DNA from: an uncultured Desulfosarcina sp.
GTDB lineage: Bacteria; Desulfobacterota; Desulfobacteria; Desulfobacterales; Desulfosarcinaceae
Length of the DNA stretch: 64,000 nucleotides
Assembly: GCA_963674945.2 (NCBI GenBank)
Contig: CAXXWQ010000003.1
Span: 2,176,001 to 2,240,000, forward strand
Reading direction: 5' to 3'
Shown here: piece after piece, positions 36,981-47,655 of the stretch
Numbering within the stretch: position 1 is the first letter of the stretch
How the letters are laid out: each line of letters opens with the position of its first letter
The notes under the pieces: generated by a model
Database searches by the model: none
Told to the model about the DNA's origin: nothing
The model's input: the letters and a program-made list of their open reading frames with translations, nothing else
Translations under genes and position numbers: made by a program

Positions 36981-39281
36981 ATGAGACCGTTTCGTGACCT
37001 GAGCATCAAGCGGAAACTGACGATGATCATCATGCTGACCAGTGGCATCGCCCTGGTGTTTGCATCCGGTGCACTCATGTACAGCAATATCAAAACTTCC
37101 GAGAAAATTCTCAGAAATGATCTTTCCAGCCTGGCCAGCGTGATCGGCGCAAACAGCGTGGGCGCGATTGTTTTCGATGACCAGCAGACGGCGGAGCAGA
37201 ATCTTGCCGGCCTGCATGCAAAGCCGGATGTCGCACTGGCCTGTATCTACGATCGCAATGGCAAAATTTTTGCCACCTACATGCAAAAGGGGGCCGGTGA
37301 GGTGGTGCAGGTTCCCCAGTTGCGTGATCCGGGTCAATATTATGAGGGCAACTATCTATTGGTATACAGTCCGATCCTGCAATGGACAAGTACCATCGGT
37401 ACTGTCTGCATCCAATTCGATTTGCGCAGGACACAAAAAGAGACTTTACGTTCTGCGGCGATATTCGGCATCATTTTGTTTTTTGCCTTTGTTATCATCT
37501 GGGTGCTTTCCTTTCACCTGCAGAAAGTCGTTTCCCGTCCGATCATGCGTCTTACGGAAATTGCACGGGTGGTTTCCGAAAAGAAGGACTTTTCGGTCCG
37601 GGCCGAAAAGTTCGCCGATGATGAAATCGGTGTGCTGATCGATGTGTTCAATGGCATGCTGGCGCAGATTCAATCCCGGGATGAGAAGCTTCGGGAGTAT
37701 CGGGAACATCTGGAGGAGCAGGTGGCCAGTAGGACCATCGAGCTTCGCCAGGCAAACAAGATGCTCCAGTCGGCAAAGGACGCTGCCGAATCGGCAAACC
37801 GCGCCAAAAGCGAGTTTTTGGCAAACATGTCCCACGAAATCCGGACTCCCTTGAACACGGTATTGGGATTTTCGGATCTGCTGCGGTCGCTGATCACCGA
37901 CGAGAGTCAAAAAAGCTACCTGGCGGCAATCATTTCCAGCGGCAAAGGGCTGCTCTCTTTAATCAACGGAATCCTGGACCTGTCCAAGATCGAAGCGGGA
38001 AAGATGGATCTTCAGTACGAAGCGGTCAATCCCCATGCGATCTTCGAGGAGGTCCGGAATATCTTCGCCTTGCAGGCCTTTGAGAAAAAGATCGATTTCA
38101 GCGTCGTTCTCGATTCGGAGATTCCCGACTGTCTGATGCTCGACGAGGTGCGTCTCAAGCAGATCCTGTTCAACCTCATCGGCAACGCCGTCAAATTCAC
38201 CGAACAAGGTTATGTCCGCATCACCGTGAAAAAAGGGGAGGAGACCGAAGACCCCAGCGACATTCCACTCACGATTTCCGTGGAAGACACGGGGATCGGC
38301 ATCCCGGAACAATTCCACGATGAGATCTTCGAGGCCTTTCGTCAAAAGGACGGTCAGAGCACCAAACAGTTTGGTGGGACCGGCTTAGGGTTGTCCATCA
38401 CCAAGCGGCTTGTGGAGATGATGGGGGGAACCATCAGCGTCCATAGCGAAAACAACCGGGGAAGCCGGTTTGACATTTTCATTCCTCACGTGAAGGTGAC
38501 CGAAGCCGAACATCCGGCGGAATTCGGTGACACCTTCGATCCCGAAACGATCCGATTCAATGAGGCCACGGTTTTAATCGCGGACACCATTGCCTCCAAT
38601 CGTTCCCTGATCAAGGCCTTTTTGCATCAGACCCCATTGGTTCTGATAGAGGCCAACAACGGCGAAACCGCCACAAACATGGCCCGAGAGTGCAAACCGG
38701 ATGTGATTCTCATGGACCGCAGGATTTCAGGGGAAATCGGCCCCGATGCTACGGCAAACATCTGTTTGATCGACGAAGCCTGCCGGATCCCCATCATTGC
38801 AATGACGGCAGCCGGTGCAAAAGGGGAAAAGGAGGCATTGACTGCCAAGGGGTTTTCCGGATATCTGACAAAACCGCTTCAAAAAGCCGCCCTGTTCAAG
38901 GAACTGAGTCGATTTCTCCCCCACCATACACTTCAGCGAGGAGATGCAGGCCAGGCATTGACGGCGTCGCCCGTGAATCCCGATCGGCTGCCCATGGTGA
39001 TCGAGCGGTTGGAAAAGGAGTACCGACAGACATGGGAGACGGTTCGGAAAAATCAATTTTTTAATGAAATTGAAGATTTTGGAACAATCATCGCCAAACT
39101 TGGGGAGGAGAATGCCATCGGGGGCCTTACAACCTACGGACAGGATTTGAGTGCATATGCGGCGCGTTTTGACGTGGAGAAGATGAATACGACCCTGGAT
39201 GCCTATCCGCAATTGATACAAAACATCAAGGCGATATCTGCATCAATGGTAAAGGAAGAGGCAAATGGATCCGAAAAATGA
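36981..39281 (+). CDS. Membrane hybrid histidine kinase (periplasmic sensor, HAMP, HisKA, HATPase, REC)
   Basis: FLANMSHEIRTPL, NAVKFT, GGTGLGL, PDVILMD. Confidence 0.95.
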   Translation: MRPFRDLSIKRKLTMIIMLTSGIALVFASGALMYSNIKTSEKILRNDLSSLASVIGANSVGAIVFDDQQTAEQNLAGLHAKPDVALACIYDRNGKIFATYMQKGAGEVVQVPQLRDPGQYYEGNYLLVYSPILQWTSTIGTVCIQFDLRRTQKETLRSAAIFGIILFFAFVIIWVLSFHLQKVVSRPIMRLTEIARVVSEKKDFSVRAEKFADDEIGVLIDVFNGMLAQIQSRDEKLREYREHLEEQVASRTIELRQANKMLQSAKDAAESANRAKSEFLANMSHEIRTPLNTVLGFSDLLRSLITDESQKSYLAAIISSGKGLLSLINGILDLSKIEAGKMDLQYEAVNPHAIFEEVRNIFALQAFEKKIDFSVVLDSEIPDCLMLDEVRLKQILFNLIGNAVKFTEQGYVRITVKKGEETEDPSDIPLTISVEDTGIGIPEQFHDEIFEAFRQKDGQSTKQFGGTGLGLSITKRLVEMMGGTISVHSENNRGSRFDIFIPHVKVTEAEHPAEFGDTFDPETIRFNEATVLIADTIASNRSLIKAFLHQTPLVLIEANNGETATNMARECKPDVILMDRRISGEIGPDATANICLIDEACRIPIIAMTAAGAKGEKEALTAKGFSGYLTKPLQKAALFKELSRFLPHHTLQRGDAGQALTASPVNPDRLPMVIERLEKEYRQTWETVRKNQFFNEIEDFGTIIAKLGEENAIGGLTTYGQDLSAYAARFDVEKMNTTLDAYPQLIQNIKAISASMVKEEANGSEK

Positions 39282-40269
39282 AGGGCAATTCAATATTCTG
39301 ATCGTCGACGATGTCCCCAAGAACATTCAGGTGGCGGCGAATATTCTGCAAAAGAGCGGATATCGCATGGCTTTCGCACAGGACGGTCCCGCGGCCATCG
39401 CCCAGAGCGAAGCCAACCGTTTCGATCTGATCCTGCTGGACATCATGATGCCCCAGATGGACGGGTTTGAGGTGTGTCGACGTATTCGGAGCAATCTGGA
39501 CAACAGGGAGATTCCCATCATCTTCCTGACAGCCAAAAACGATACGGACAGCATCGTAAAGGGATTCGAACTGGGCGCCGTGGATTACCTGACCAAACCG
39601 TTTAACGGTGCCGAATTACAGGTCCGGGTCAAAACACACTTGGATCTGCATCGGTCGAAAAGAGAGATCATCGCCACCAACAAGCGCCTCACCGAGGAGA
39701 TCGCGGAGCGCATAAAAGCGGAAAAAGCCCTGGAGGAGAGCAAAGAGGACTACCGCAAATTGTCCATCCACGACAGTCTCACCGGTTTATACAATACCCG
39801 CTATCTCTACAGCACGATGGAATCCCTGGTCGATGAAAGTCGGCGCACGAAATTACCCTTTTCCCTTATTTTTCTGGATATCGATAATTTCAAAATGGTG
39901 GTCGACACCCATGGACATCTTTTGGGCAGCCAGGCCCTTGCCGAAGTTGCGCAGACCATTTTGCACTGTATTGCCGAGCCTGCCTTCGGCGTGGCCTATG
40001 GCGGCGACGAATTCGTCGTCGTGTTGCCAGGCCATGACCACGGCCAGGTGTTGGAAAAAGCCAGGCAGATCCGGGCCACCATGTTGGATACGCGCTACCT
40101 GCCCGAGGTGAAAAACGGGGTTCGGTTGCAGGCCAGTTTCGGTATTGCCACCTACCCGGATGATGCCTCCGACATCAAGACGATTCTTGCCAAGGCGGAC
40201 CAGGCCATGTTCCAGGTAAAGACACGGGGGAAGAACGCGGTGGGGGATGTGCGTCGCATCATGGAATAA
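39265..40269 (+). CDS. Response regulator diguanylate cyclase (REC-GGDEF)
   Basis: ILIVDD, DLILLDIMMP, DSLTGLYN, DIDNFK, YGGDEF. Confidence 0.93.
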   Translation: MDPKNEGQFNILIVDDVPKNIQVAANILQKSGYRMAFAQDGPAAIAQSEANRFDLILLDIMMPQMDGFEVCRRIRSNLDNREIPIIFLTAKNDTDSIVKGFELGAVDYLTKPFNGAELQVRVKTHLDLHRSKREIIATNKRLTEEIAERIKAEKALEESKEDYRKLSIHDSLTGLYNTRYLYSTMESLVDESRRTKLPFSLIFLDIDNFKMVVDTHGHLLGSQALAEVAQTILHCIAEPAFGVAYGGDEFVVVLPGHDHGQVLEKARQIRATMLDTRYLPEVKNGVRLQASFGIATYPDDASDIKTILAKADQAMFQVKTRGKNAVGDVRRIME

Positions 40270-40273
40270 GAAC

Positions 40274-41227
40274 CTATACAAGGTCCGTCGAGTTGGTAAT
40301 CTGATTGAAATATTCGGTCACCTGGTTCTTGTTTTCCGATTCCATGTGGGCCATGGCAGTACGGGGATGCTGGTTCAGCACGCCGGTCACCATGTAGGGA
40401 ATGAAGTAGCCCCAGTCGATTTTTTCCCGCCATGGAAAGATGTGGGATTCGATCACTTCAATGAGAGGCTTCACCCTGAATTTGGGATTCTTCAAAAAGG
40501 AGACCAGAAGTTCCAACGGACAATTGCCCGCACCCCGCCCGATACCGTAAAGGCTGCCGTCCAGGTAGTTTGCACCGTTGATGATGGCGGCAATGGTGTT
40601 GGCGAAGGCCAACTGCTGGTTGTTGTGGGTGTGAATGCCGATGGTCTTGTCCGGCAGGGCCGCCATGTACTTCTGGGTCAGCGTATCGATATCCTCCGAA
40701 TAGAACGCACCGAAGCTGTCGACCAGATAGATGACCGGCACCCGGCATTTGGACAGATCGTCCAGTGCCTCCTCCAGGTCCCTGGGACCGACGGTGGATA
40801 CGGCCATGAGGTTGATGGTGGCCTCATATCCCTTGTCCATGCAGTGATGGGCCAGGGCAATGGCCGCATCGATCTGATGGACGTAACAGGCCACACGAAC
40901 CATGTCCAAGGAGCTCTCCGCACATGGGGGGATGTCTTCATACTCGATCCGACCGATATCCGCCATGGCGGACAGCTTGATCTTCCTGTCTCCGTTGTGG
41001 CCGACGATGCGTCGGAGATCCTCTTCGGCGCAGAATTTCCACGGGCCGAATTCATTCCGGGAGAATGCCGATTCGGAACTCAGATAACCGATCTCCATAT
41101 AGTCGATACCGGCCTTGACATTGGCCAGGTAGACCTGTTCCACGAAGTCGTCTTCGAACTGCCATTTATTCATCAATCCGCCGTCGCGAACCGTACAATC
41201 CAATACCTTGATTTGGGGACGATACAT
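40274..41227 (-). CDS. HMGL-like (DRE-TIM) aldolase-domain protein
   Basis: LDCTVRDGG, VDSFG, IHTHNNQQLAFANT, GIGRGAGN. Confidence 0.88.
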   Translation of the reverse strand: MYRPQIKVLDCTVRDGGLMNKWQFEDDFVEQVYLANVKAGIDYMEIGYLSSESAFSRNEFGPWKFCAEEDLRRIVGHNGDRKIKLSAMADIGRIEYEDIPPCAESSLDMVRVACYVHQIDAAIALAHHCMDKGYEATINLMAVSTVGPRDLEEALDDLSKCRVPVIYLVDSFGAFYSEDIDTLTQKYMAALPDKTIGIHTHNNQQLAFANTIAAIINGANYLDGSLYGIGRGAGNCPLELLVSFLKNPKFRVKPLIEVIESHIFPWREKIDWGYFIPYMVTGVLNQHPRTAMAHMESENKNQVTEYFNQITNSTDLV

Positions 41228-41541
41228 CTCATTCTCCGTATTCTGCGGTAATCATTTTCCCTGACATCTTTCCAATCCATTTTTCTCCATGGAGGGCAAT
41301 TTCATCCGGATGAAACCCGTGAATCAACGTCCATAGCCCAACCCTCGCATCAATGTCAAGCTTGTTCTTATACATAGAAACAAAAACGGAAAATTATTTT
41401 TCTCCCGTACCCTAAAGCCCGTAAAAATAATGCCGAGATAATAAGTGATCGGCGTTCATTCCAAATGCGACAACCAGCGATCCTGGACATGGAACACCGC
41501 GGGCACACACCACCTCACGAAAAAGGCGAAGGATCGGAAAC

Positions 41542-41913
41542 ATGGGATCCAAAGACGATAAAATAGAATCTTGCCAGTCGTTCACGACCACGTCGGTAAC
41601 AGCACAATGCGCTGGAATCGCAGCGGACATTCATCCGGATGACAGTTTGCCTTTCCTTGAACCGCCGGTTTTTACAAACCTGGGCAGCGAACCGGAATGC
41701 GGCGTCGAAATACCGGACAACAAACGGATCGCCCGGTTGTTCATCGGTTTTGGCGGTATTGCCGCTTCGACGATGTTTGTCATGGCAGGCTTCGAACGGG
41801 CGTCATCGGTCTTTATCCCTTCCATCACATTGCTCAGCGTTTTCGCCGGTGCCGGATTCGTGTACCTCTTCGTAAAGGCCATCCTGGCCGCCGAATACGA
41901 TTTTGAGTTGTAG
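41542..41913 (+). CDS. Hypothetical membrane protein
   Basis: 123-aa ORF with two C-terminal hydrophobic segments. Confidence 0.5.
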   Translation: MGSKDDKIESCQSFTTTSVTAQCAGIAADIHPDDSLPFLEPPVFTNLGSEPECGVEIPDNKRIARLFIGFGGIAASTMFVMAGFERASSVFIPSITLLSVFAGAGFVYLFVKAILAAEYDFEL

Positions 41914-42041
41914 AACCGAACCGATCGCCTACCTGGTCGGTTCATCGTCTTTCCACTCTCCTGTCTTGAAATGCATGCGAATTCGGGTATAATTTGGGCC
42001 TAACCATTAATCGTGTTCGCCGAGAAATAGGAGATTCTGTG

Positions 42042-42812
42042 ATGGCTCGAATCATTTCGCTGGTTTGGTTGACAGGTGTTCTTGTTCTGGGGGCGGTCAG
42101 CTCCGCAGGGGCCGTTGGTGCTGAAATTGCGTTTGGCGGTTGGATGCAGTGCCCCAGCGGCATAATCGGATATCAACCTTCCGGTGAAACCGATCTGCTG
42201 GATCTGGAAGAGAACCTGATGTATGACGACGAAACACGAGCCTATGCACGTATGTATGTCGACATGCCCTTTTATGTCCCCAACGTTTACTTGATGGCCG
42301 CACCAATGGAATTCGATTCCGACGGCCTAGTGGAAAACGGATTCAATTTCGGTGGTTCCGCGTTTGAGGCGGGTTCTTTTTATTCGGAAATGGAGTGGAA
42401 GAATATCGATATCGGCCTGTATTACGGGGTCCCTTTTTTTGAAAAGAAAAATAAATATGTGTTCAACATCGATTTCGGGCTGAACCTAAGACTGATCGAT
42501 TACGAACTGATAATACGCCAGCCGGAAAATCGGTTAACCAAAAAAACATCCGATATCATTTACCTTCCCCTGCTATTTCTTGCAGTTCAGTTTCGTCCCA
42601 TGGAACGGTTGTCCGTGGAAGTGGAAGGCAGGGGAATCTCTTACGACGAAAACGAAATTCTCAGTTTGATTGGCCGGGTTGAAGTGAAAATCGCAGGCCC
42701 CGTTTTTTTGGCGGGTGGATATCGGTATGAGAAATCCAAGCTGGATGAGGATGACATTCAAGCGGATATGGAGTTCAGCGGTCCATTTCTGGAATTGGGC
42801 TTATCCCTGTAA
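42042..42812 (+). CDS. Outer-membrane beta-barrel protein (TIGR04219-like)
   Basis: Signal peptide, alternating beta-strand pattern, GGYRY, FSGPFLELGLSL. Confidence 0.75.
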   Translation: MARIISLVWLTGVLVLGAVSSAGAVGAEIAFGGWMQCPSGIIGYQPSGETDLLDLEENLMYDDETRAYARMYVDMPFYVPNVYLMAAPMEFDSDGLVENGFNFGGSAFEAGSFYSEMEWKNIDIGLYYGVPFFEKKNKYVFNIDFGLNLRLIDYELIIRQPENRLTKKTSDIIYLPLLFLAVQFRPMERLSVEVEGRGISYDENEILSLIGRVEVKIAGPVFLAGGYRYEKSKLDEDDIQADMEFSGPFLELGLSL

Positions 42813-42919
42813 AACCCTTTTGACATAGTTCTGAAAACCGTCCGCCACAGACCGCCATTTACTCGTTTCATTGTTTTCGATTCCGTGTCCGCTCATATCC
42901 AACGAATAAGGAGGACGTT

Positions 42920-43381
42920 ATGGCATTGTATCTAGTCCAACATGGGAAGAGCAATCCAAAAACAATAGACCCCGAAAAGGGACTGTCCGAAGAAAGTATG
43001 GAAGAAGTTACGCGGATCGCGCAAGTTGCGGCCGGGTATGGCTGTAAGGTTGGCAAAATATTTCACAGTGGAAAGAAACGCGCCGAAGAGACGGCTGCCA
43101 TCTTTGCATCTCATCTGAAACCGGATGGTGGGGTCGAACAAATGGATGGCATCGATCCACTGGATGATGTCGTTCCCTTTTCACACACCCTATCGGCTGA
43201 AGACGACGCGATGGTGGTGGGCCACCTGCCGTTCATGGAGAGGCTGACATCCTACCTGATTATCGGCTCGGTGGAGCCACCTGTGTTTCAGTTTCAGAAC
43301 GGCGGGATCGTCTGTCTGGACAAGGGACCGGGTACACAGAACTGGATCGTGAAGTGGGCATTGATGCCGAATATTGGATAG
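42920..43381 (+). CDS. sixA: Phosphohistidine phosphatase SixA
   Basis: LYLVQHG, HSGKKRAEETA, VGHLP. Confidence 0.88.
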   Translation: MALYLVQHGKSNPKTIDPEKGLSEESMEEVTRIAQVAAGYGCKVGKIFHSGKKRAEETAAIFASHLKPDGGVEQMDGIDPLDDVVPFSHTLSAEDDAMVVGHLPFMERLTSYLIIGSVEPPVFQFQNGGIVCLDKGPGTQNWIVKWALMPNIG

Positions 43382-43393
43382 AAACCGATCCAT

Positions 43394-46141
43394 CTACACG
43401 GTCTTTTCCGGCGGTTGGCGCTTTCCGTTTTCCGGTGCAAACGGCAATGAAAAATAAAAGGTGGCGCCTTTCCCGGGCGTACTCGTGACGCCGAGTTTTC
43501 CCCCGTGGTGCTCGATGATCTGGCGTGTGATGGACAACCCCAGGCCGGTTCCCGGCGGGCGACCTCTTTTTGAGTCGACGACCTGCTGAAATTTATCGAA
43601 GATATGCTCCTGGTCCGCCTCGCTGATGCCGATACCGTTATCCGATACATACACTACCAACGCATCGATTTCGTAAGCCACTCGTATTTCGATCCGTCCG
43701 TTCTCAGAATCGCAAAATTTTACGGCATTGGAAATCAGATTCACCATGGCCTGAATCAACTGGTCCTGGTCTCCCTGGATGGGCTGGGACCAGTCGGGCA
43801 TGGTAATCTCCATCCGAATATTTTTCTCATCCACCAATTGCCTCGTGGTACTCACCGCATCCGTTACCACATCTTTCACGTCCACGGTCGTAATGTTCCA
43901 GGTCGTACGGCCGGACTCCAGCTTTTGAAAATCGAGGACCTGGGTGATGAGCCGGGTGAGTCTTCGTGTCTCCCGGATGATGATGCCGGCAAACTCTTTC
44001 TGTCGGTCGGCGGGCGTGTCGGTGTAATCGTGAAGAATTTCGGCAAGGGATCGGATGGCGGTGAGCGGTGTCCGCAGCTCATGGGAAACGGTGGAGATGA
44101 ATTCGTCCTTCATCCGATCCAGTTCCCTGAGGCGCTGGTTGGCTGCCTTGAGTTCCGCGGTCGCCCGTTCCAGTTCATGGCTGTAGATGATGGCTTGCCG
44201 GGTTTCGTTCAAGATGTCCATCACCTCGTCGATGCCCAGAGGCTCTTCCTTGACAACCGATGCGACCATGACCCGGGCCGATGCCGACCCGATGGCACCG
44301 GCCAAAAGTTTCTCGATGTGATTGACCAGACCGGGGTCTCTGGTAAGTGCCTGGTCCCTGTCGATGCCATAGGCCATGACATAACTGTCCAACGCCGCAT
44401 CGGTCCGTTTTCTTCCCAGAAAACGCTGCAACATGGAAACGAGGTCCGGAAGGTAGGCGGTCCCCCGCCAGATGGAAGGGTCATGAACCCTGCCCACATA
44501 CCGGTAGACATCCACGAACATGCTGGCCTGGCTATGTTCCATGGCAGATGGACGGCTGAAGAGGGAACCGGCCAGGTAGCATCCCAAATTGGCCAGCATG
44601 CTCCAGAACACCGCATGGGTGATATGATCGAATACATCGAGTCCGAACAATTCGAACGGTTTGAGAAAGGAGATGCCAAAGGGACCGTGTTCCAGGTAGT
44701 CCTGAGGCATCAAGCCCGCACCGGCAAGGGAAGGGAGAAAAAGGGTATAGCCCCAGACGGAAAAACCGGCGATCAGGCCCAACAGTGCGCCGGTGCGCGT
44801 CCCTCCTTTCCAGAAAATGCCCAGCAGCAGCGCCGGTGCGAACTGCGCCACGGCCGTAAAGGAGACCAGTCCGATGGAGACCAGTGTATAGTGCTCGCCG
44901 GCATAGTGGAAGTAGGCGTAGCCCAGCATCAAGACCAGGATGATGGAAAGTCGTCGAATGGACATCAATATGCTGCTCAAATCCTCCCGCTGGGCCAGCT
45001 TAAAGGTGCGCATGTGAAGGAGCAGCGGCATTACCAGATCATTACAGATCATGGTGGAAAGAGCAACGGTCTCCATGATGACCATTCCCGTTGCCGCGGA
45101 CATGCCGCCGATGAATACCAGGACCGCCAGAAACAATTGTTCATTGGCCATAGGGAGGGTGAGAACGTACATGTCCGCGTCCAGTGCGCTGGCCCCGAAA
45201 CAAAGCTTGCCGGCAAATGCCACCGGTAAAACGAAGATGTTGATGGCCACGAGATACAAAGGAAAGAGCCAGATGGCCTTGTTCAGGTGTTTTTCGTTGA
45301 CATTCTCCACTACCAGTACCTGGAATTGGCGCGGAAGAAAGACGATGGCCATCATGGACAAGAAGATATGCGCCAGCCAGCTGTAGAAGGCGTCGGTATT
45401 GGTGGGAAGGGTCATCAGTTTCCGCAGTTCGTCCGATGCGATTGCCCGCTGGCCGAGATCGGCGAAACCATCGTAGAGGATGAAGGTGACGAAGATGCCG
45501 GCGGCCAGAAATGCCACGAGTTTGACGATGGACTCCAAGGCGATGGCCGCCACCAAACCCTCATGGCGTTCTGTGGCCTCCAGGCTGCGGGTGCCGAAAA
45601 TCGTCGCAAACAGCGCCAGGAACAGGGCCACGTAAAAGGTGGTGTCACTCCAGATACCGATCACCTCCGGAGAGGGCAGGGGGGCCAGGGAGGGATATTG
45701 ATGGATCAGGAGAAAGCTTGTGGAGATGGCTTTCAGCTGCAGTGAGATATAGGGAATGATTCCCAGCACGGCGATGACGGTCACCACACCCGCCAGCGTC
45801 ATGCTCTTGCCGTAACGGGAGCCGATGAAATCGGCAATGGAGGTGATCCGGTGAATTTTGGAAATCCGGATGATCTTTTTCAGCACCAGAAACCCCAAGG
45901 TGGCCATCAAGGTGGGACCCAGATAGGTGGTGAGATACCCCGGTCCTGCCGATGCGGCCCGACCGACGCTACCATAGAAAGTCCAGGCGGTACAATAAAC
46001 GGCCAGGGAAAGGGCGTAGATGTAGGGGTTGCTGATGATGCTCCTTCCCACATCGGCGCGTTTGTCACCAAAGTAGGCGACGCCGAACAGGATGCCGATG
46101 TAGCAAAGGGAAAAGAAGATGACGGTTTCCGTTGCCAGCAT
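43394..46141 (-). CDS. Sodium:solute symporter-fused histidine kinase (CbrA/CrbS-like)
   Basis: YALSLAVYCTAWTFYGSVG, LPRQFQV, IGSASAR, SHELRTPL, GTGLGL. Confidence 0.93.
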   Translation of the reverse strand: MLATETVIFFSLCYIGILFGVAYFGDKRADVGRSIISNPYIYALSLAVYCTAWTFYGSVGRAASAGPGYLTTYLGPTLMATLGFLVLKKIIRISKIHRITSIADFIGSRYGKSMTLAGVVTVIAVLGIIPYISLQLKAISTSFLLIHQYPSLAPLPSPEVIGIWSDTTFYVALFLALFATIFGTRSLEATERHEGLVAAIALESIVKLVAFLAAGIFVTFILYDGFADLGQRAIASDELRKLMTLPTNTDAFYSWLAHIFLSMMAIVFLPRQFQVLVVENVNEKHLNKAIWLFPLYLVAINIFVLPVAFAGKLCFGASALDADMYVLTLPMANEQLFLAVLVFIGGMSAATGMVIMETVALSTMICNDLVMPLLLHMRTFKLAQREDLSSILMSIRRLSIILVLMLGYAYFHYAGEHYTLVSIGLVSFTAVAQFAPALLLGIFWKGGTRTGALLGLIAGFSVWGYTLFLPSLAGAGLMPQDYLEHGPFGISFLKPFELFGLDVFDHITHAVFWSMLANLGCYLAGSLFSRPSAMEHSQASMFVDVYRYVGRVHDPSIWRGTAYLPDLVSMLQRFLGRKRTDAALDSYVMAYGIDRDQALTRDPGLVNHIEKLLAGAIGSASARVMVASVVKEEPLGIDEVMDILNETRQAIIYSHELERATAELKAANQRLRELDRMKDEFISTVSHELRTPLTAIRSLAEILHDYTDTPADRQKEFAGIIIRETRRLTRLITQVLDFQKLESGRTTWNITTVDVKDVVTDAVSTTRQLVDEKNIRMEITMPDWSQPIQGDQDQLIQAMVNLISNAVKFCDSENGRIEIRVAYEIDALVVYVSDNGIGISEADQEHIFDKFQQVVDSKRGRPPGTGLGLSITRQIIEHHGGKLGVTSTPGKGATFYFSLPFAPENGKRQPPEKTV

Positions 46142-46152
46142 AGCAGTATCCG

Positions 46153-46377
46153 TTACTCGTCATGTTCGGAAGATCGAATCGACGGCTTGGATTGACTGAC
46201 CAGGAAGGTCAGAAAAATGATAAACATCCAGGAACCGAAAAGGTACAAAAACATGATGGGAATGCCAAACACCAGCACCGGACGATCGAAGAGGAGGAGA
46301 AACGGGTAGTTGAACAAGACCAGGCTGATAAAGAAAATTCCCACCAGGCGTATGCTTCTTATTTTGTCGCGGGTCAT
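46153..46377 (-). CDS. Small two-TM protein upstream of the symporter-kinase
   Basis: LFNYPFL..VFGIP..LYLFGSW. Confidence 0.75.
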   Translation of the reverse strand: MTRDKIRSIRLVGIFFISLVLFNYPFLLLFDRPVLVFGIPIMFLYLFGSWMFIIFLTFLVSQSKPSIRSSEHDE

Positions 46378-46395
46378 GGGGCGGCTCCCTGAACC

Positions 46396-46537
46396 TGACG
46401 GCTTCGTAAAAAGCCCGATATCGGTGTTACGCTTCGTCCCTCGTCATAAATACGCCTCATTCCTCGGGTCTTGCAAGCCTTGATCTCGAACTTCTGAGGA
46501 ACTCGTTCATTAACCCGACTTTTTACGTGTTCATCAA
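46396..46537. repeat. Intergenic repeat family B, copy 2
   Basis: TGACGGCTTCGTAAAAAG ... CTTTTTACGTGTTCATCAA. Confidence 0.85.
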
Positions 46538-46574
46538 TATTGCGTTGTGCCCCTATGGATATGGAAAGGCGGGT

Positions 46575-47321
46575 CTACTCGATTTCAACCTCCGCGGGGG
46601 CGATGATGTTCGGATTCTCTCTATCGGACAGTGCAGGCATGGAGATGGTTTTCAACTGCCAGCCACGATGTCGCAAAACCCCGGTAAAAGGTGGCTGGCC
46701 GACCACATTGCCCACCAGTTTGATGGCGCTTTGATCGAATCCCTGGTCAATCTGCACACGCTCCCCTTCGGCTTCTTTCATCACGGGCGCCAAAGCCAGG
46801 TAGCGGTCCACGGTCTTCCGGCAATTTTCGTGAATGCTGCGTACGGCTGCCCCAATCTGTGCATCCTGATACAAGGTAAGATCCTCCTGCAAGAAATCCA
46901 TGAGACGACCCTGGCGCTGGAGAACCGAAAAGAGATGGACAAACAACCGTTTTTCCTTGTTCTCCCGCTTGTCCCGTTGTGTTTCGGTTTCCTGTAAGGT
47001 TGCAGACTTTTTCTCAGGTTTGGCCACCTTGGACGGGGGCGGTTCCCTGTTGGCGACGAGAAGTTTGGTCAAGGTGTTTCTTTGAAACATCCAAACGAGG
47101 ATACCATACAAAAAAAGAAATGCGAACATACAGATGTAAATGACCGGGTCCATCGGCGTCCCCGGTTTCTGGGCCTGCCAGTAGAAGCCGGCAACGACGG
47201 CGAACAGGATCGTCGAGAAAAAACAGGATAGAAAAAAGGTGCGCAGGGAAAAAGACTTCAGTAACATATGAGGTTTCATCGATATTTGGCCTGTTGGGTT
47301 TTTTATTGAAAAAGACGTCAT
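46575..47321 (-). CDS. DUF2760-like membrane protein
   Basis: LQRQGRLMDFLQEDL..YQDAQIGAAVR, GVLRHRGW, IAPAEVE. Confidence 0.85.
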   Translation of the reverse strand: MTSFSIKNPTGQISMKPHMLLKSFSLRTFFLSCFFSTILFAVVAGFYWQAQKPGTPMDPVIYICMFAFLFLYGILVWMFQRNTLTKLLVANREPPPSKVAKPEKKSATLQETETQRDKRENKEKRLFVHLFSVLQRQGRLMDFLQEDLTLYQDAQIGAAVRSIHENCRKTVDRYLALAPVMKEAEGERVQIDQGFDQSAIKLVGNVVGQPPFTGVLRHRGWQLKTISMPALSDRENPNIIAPAEVEIE

Positions 47322-47426
47322 ACCTATTTTCTAGGGTCTATAATGAAAACTCTCGTGTTCTGTCAATACAATCGATGCCAGGAATTGCCTTGTGAAGGGT
47401 GTATGGTTGTGATAATCACGTTACAA

Positions 47427-47582
47427 TTGACGGGTTCGCAAAAAGTCCGATATCGGCGTTACGCTTCATCCTTCGTCACTGCGGCGTACGATCAGTACGC
47501 CTCATTCCTCAAGGACTCGCAAGTCTTGATCTCGGGCTTTTTACGAATCCGTCCGAACAGCGACCTTTTACGAGTTCATCAA
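47427..47582. repeat. Intergenic repeat family B, copy 3
   Basis: Terminal IRs TTGACGGGTTCGCAAAAAG / CTTTTACGAGTTCATCAA. Confidence 0.85.
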
Positions 47583-47655
47583 AATTGGGAGCAGGAATGA
47601 GCCGGTTCACGTATCACATTCGATGTTCGCTTTCAACCGCGTGAGAACCATTATC

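Noticed and set aside
43604..45229. 541-aa plus-strand ORF (and similar ones at 40247-41251 and 63206-63979)
   Set aside because: Antisense shadows of well-supported GC-rich genes, with no recognisable motifs.
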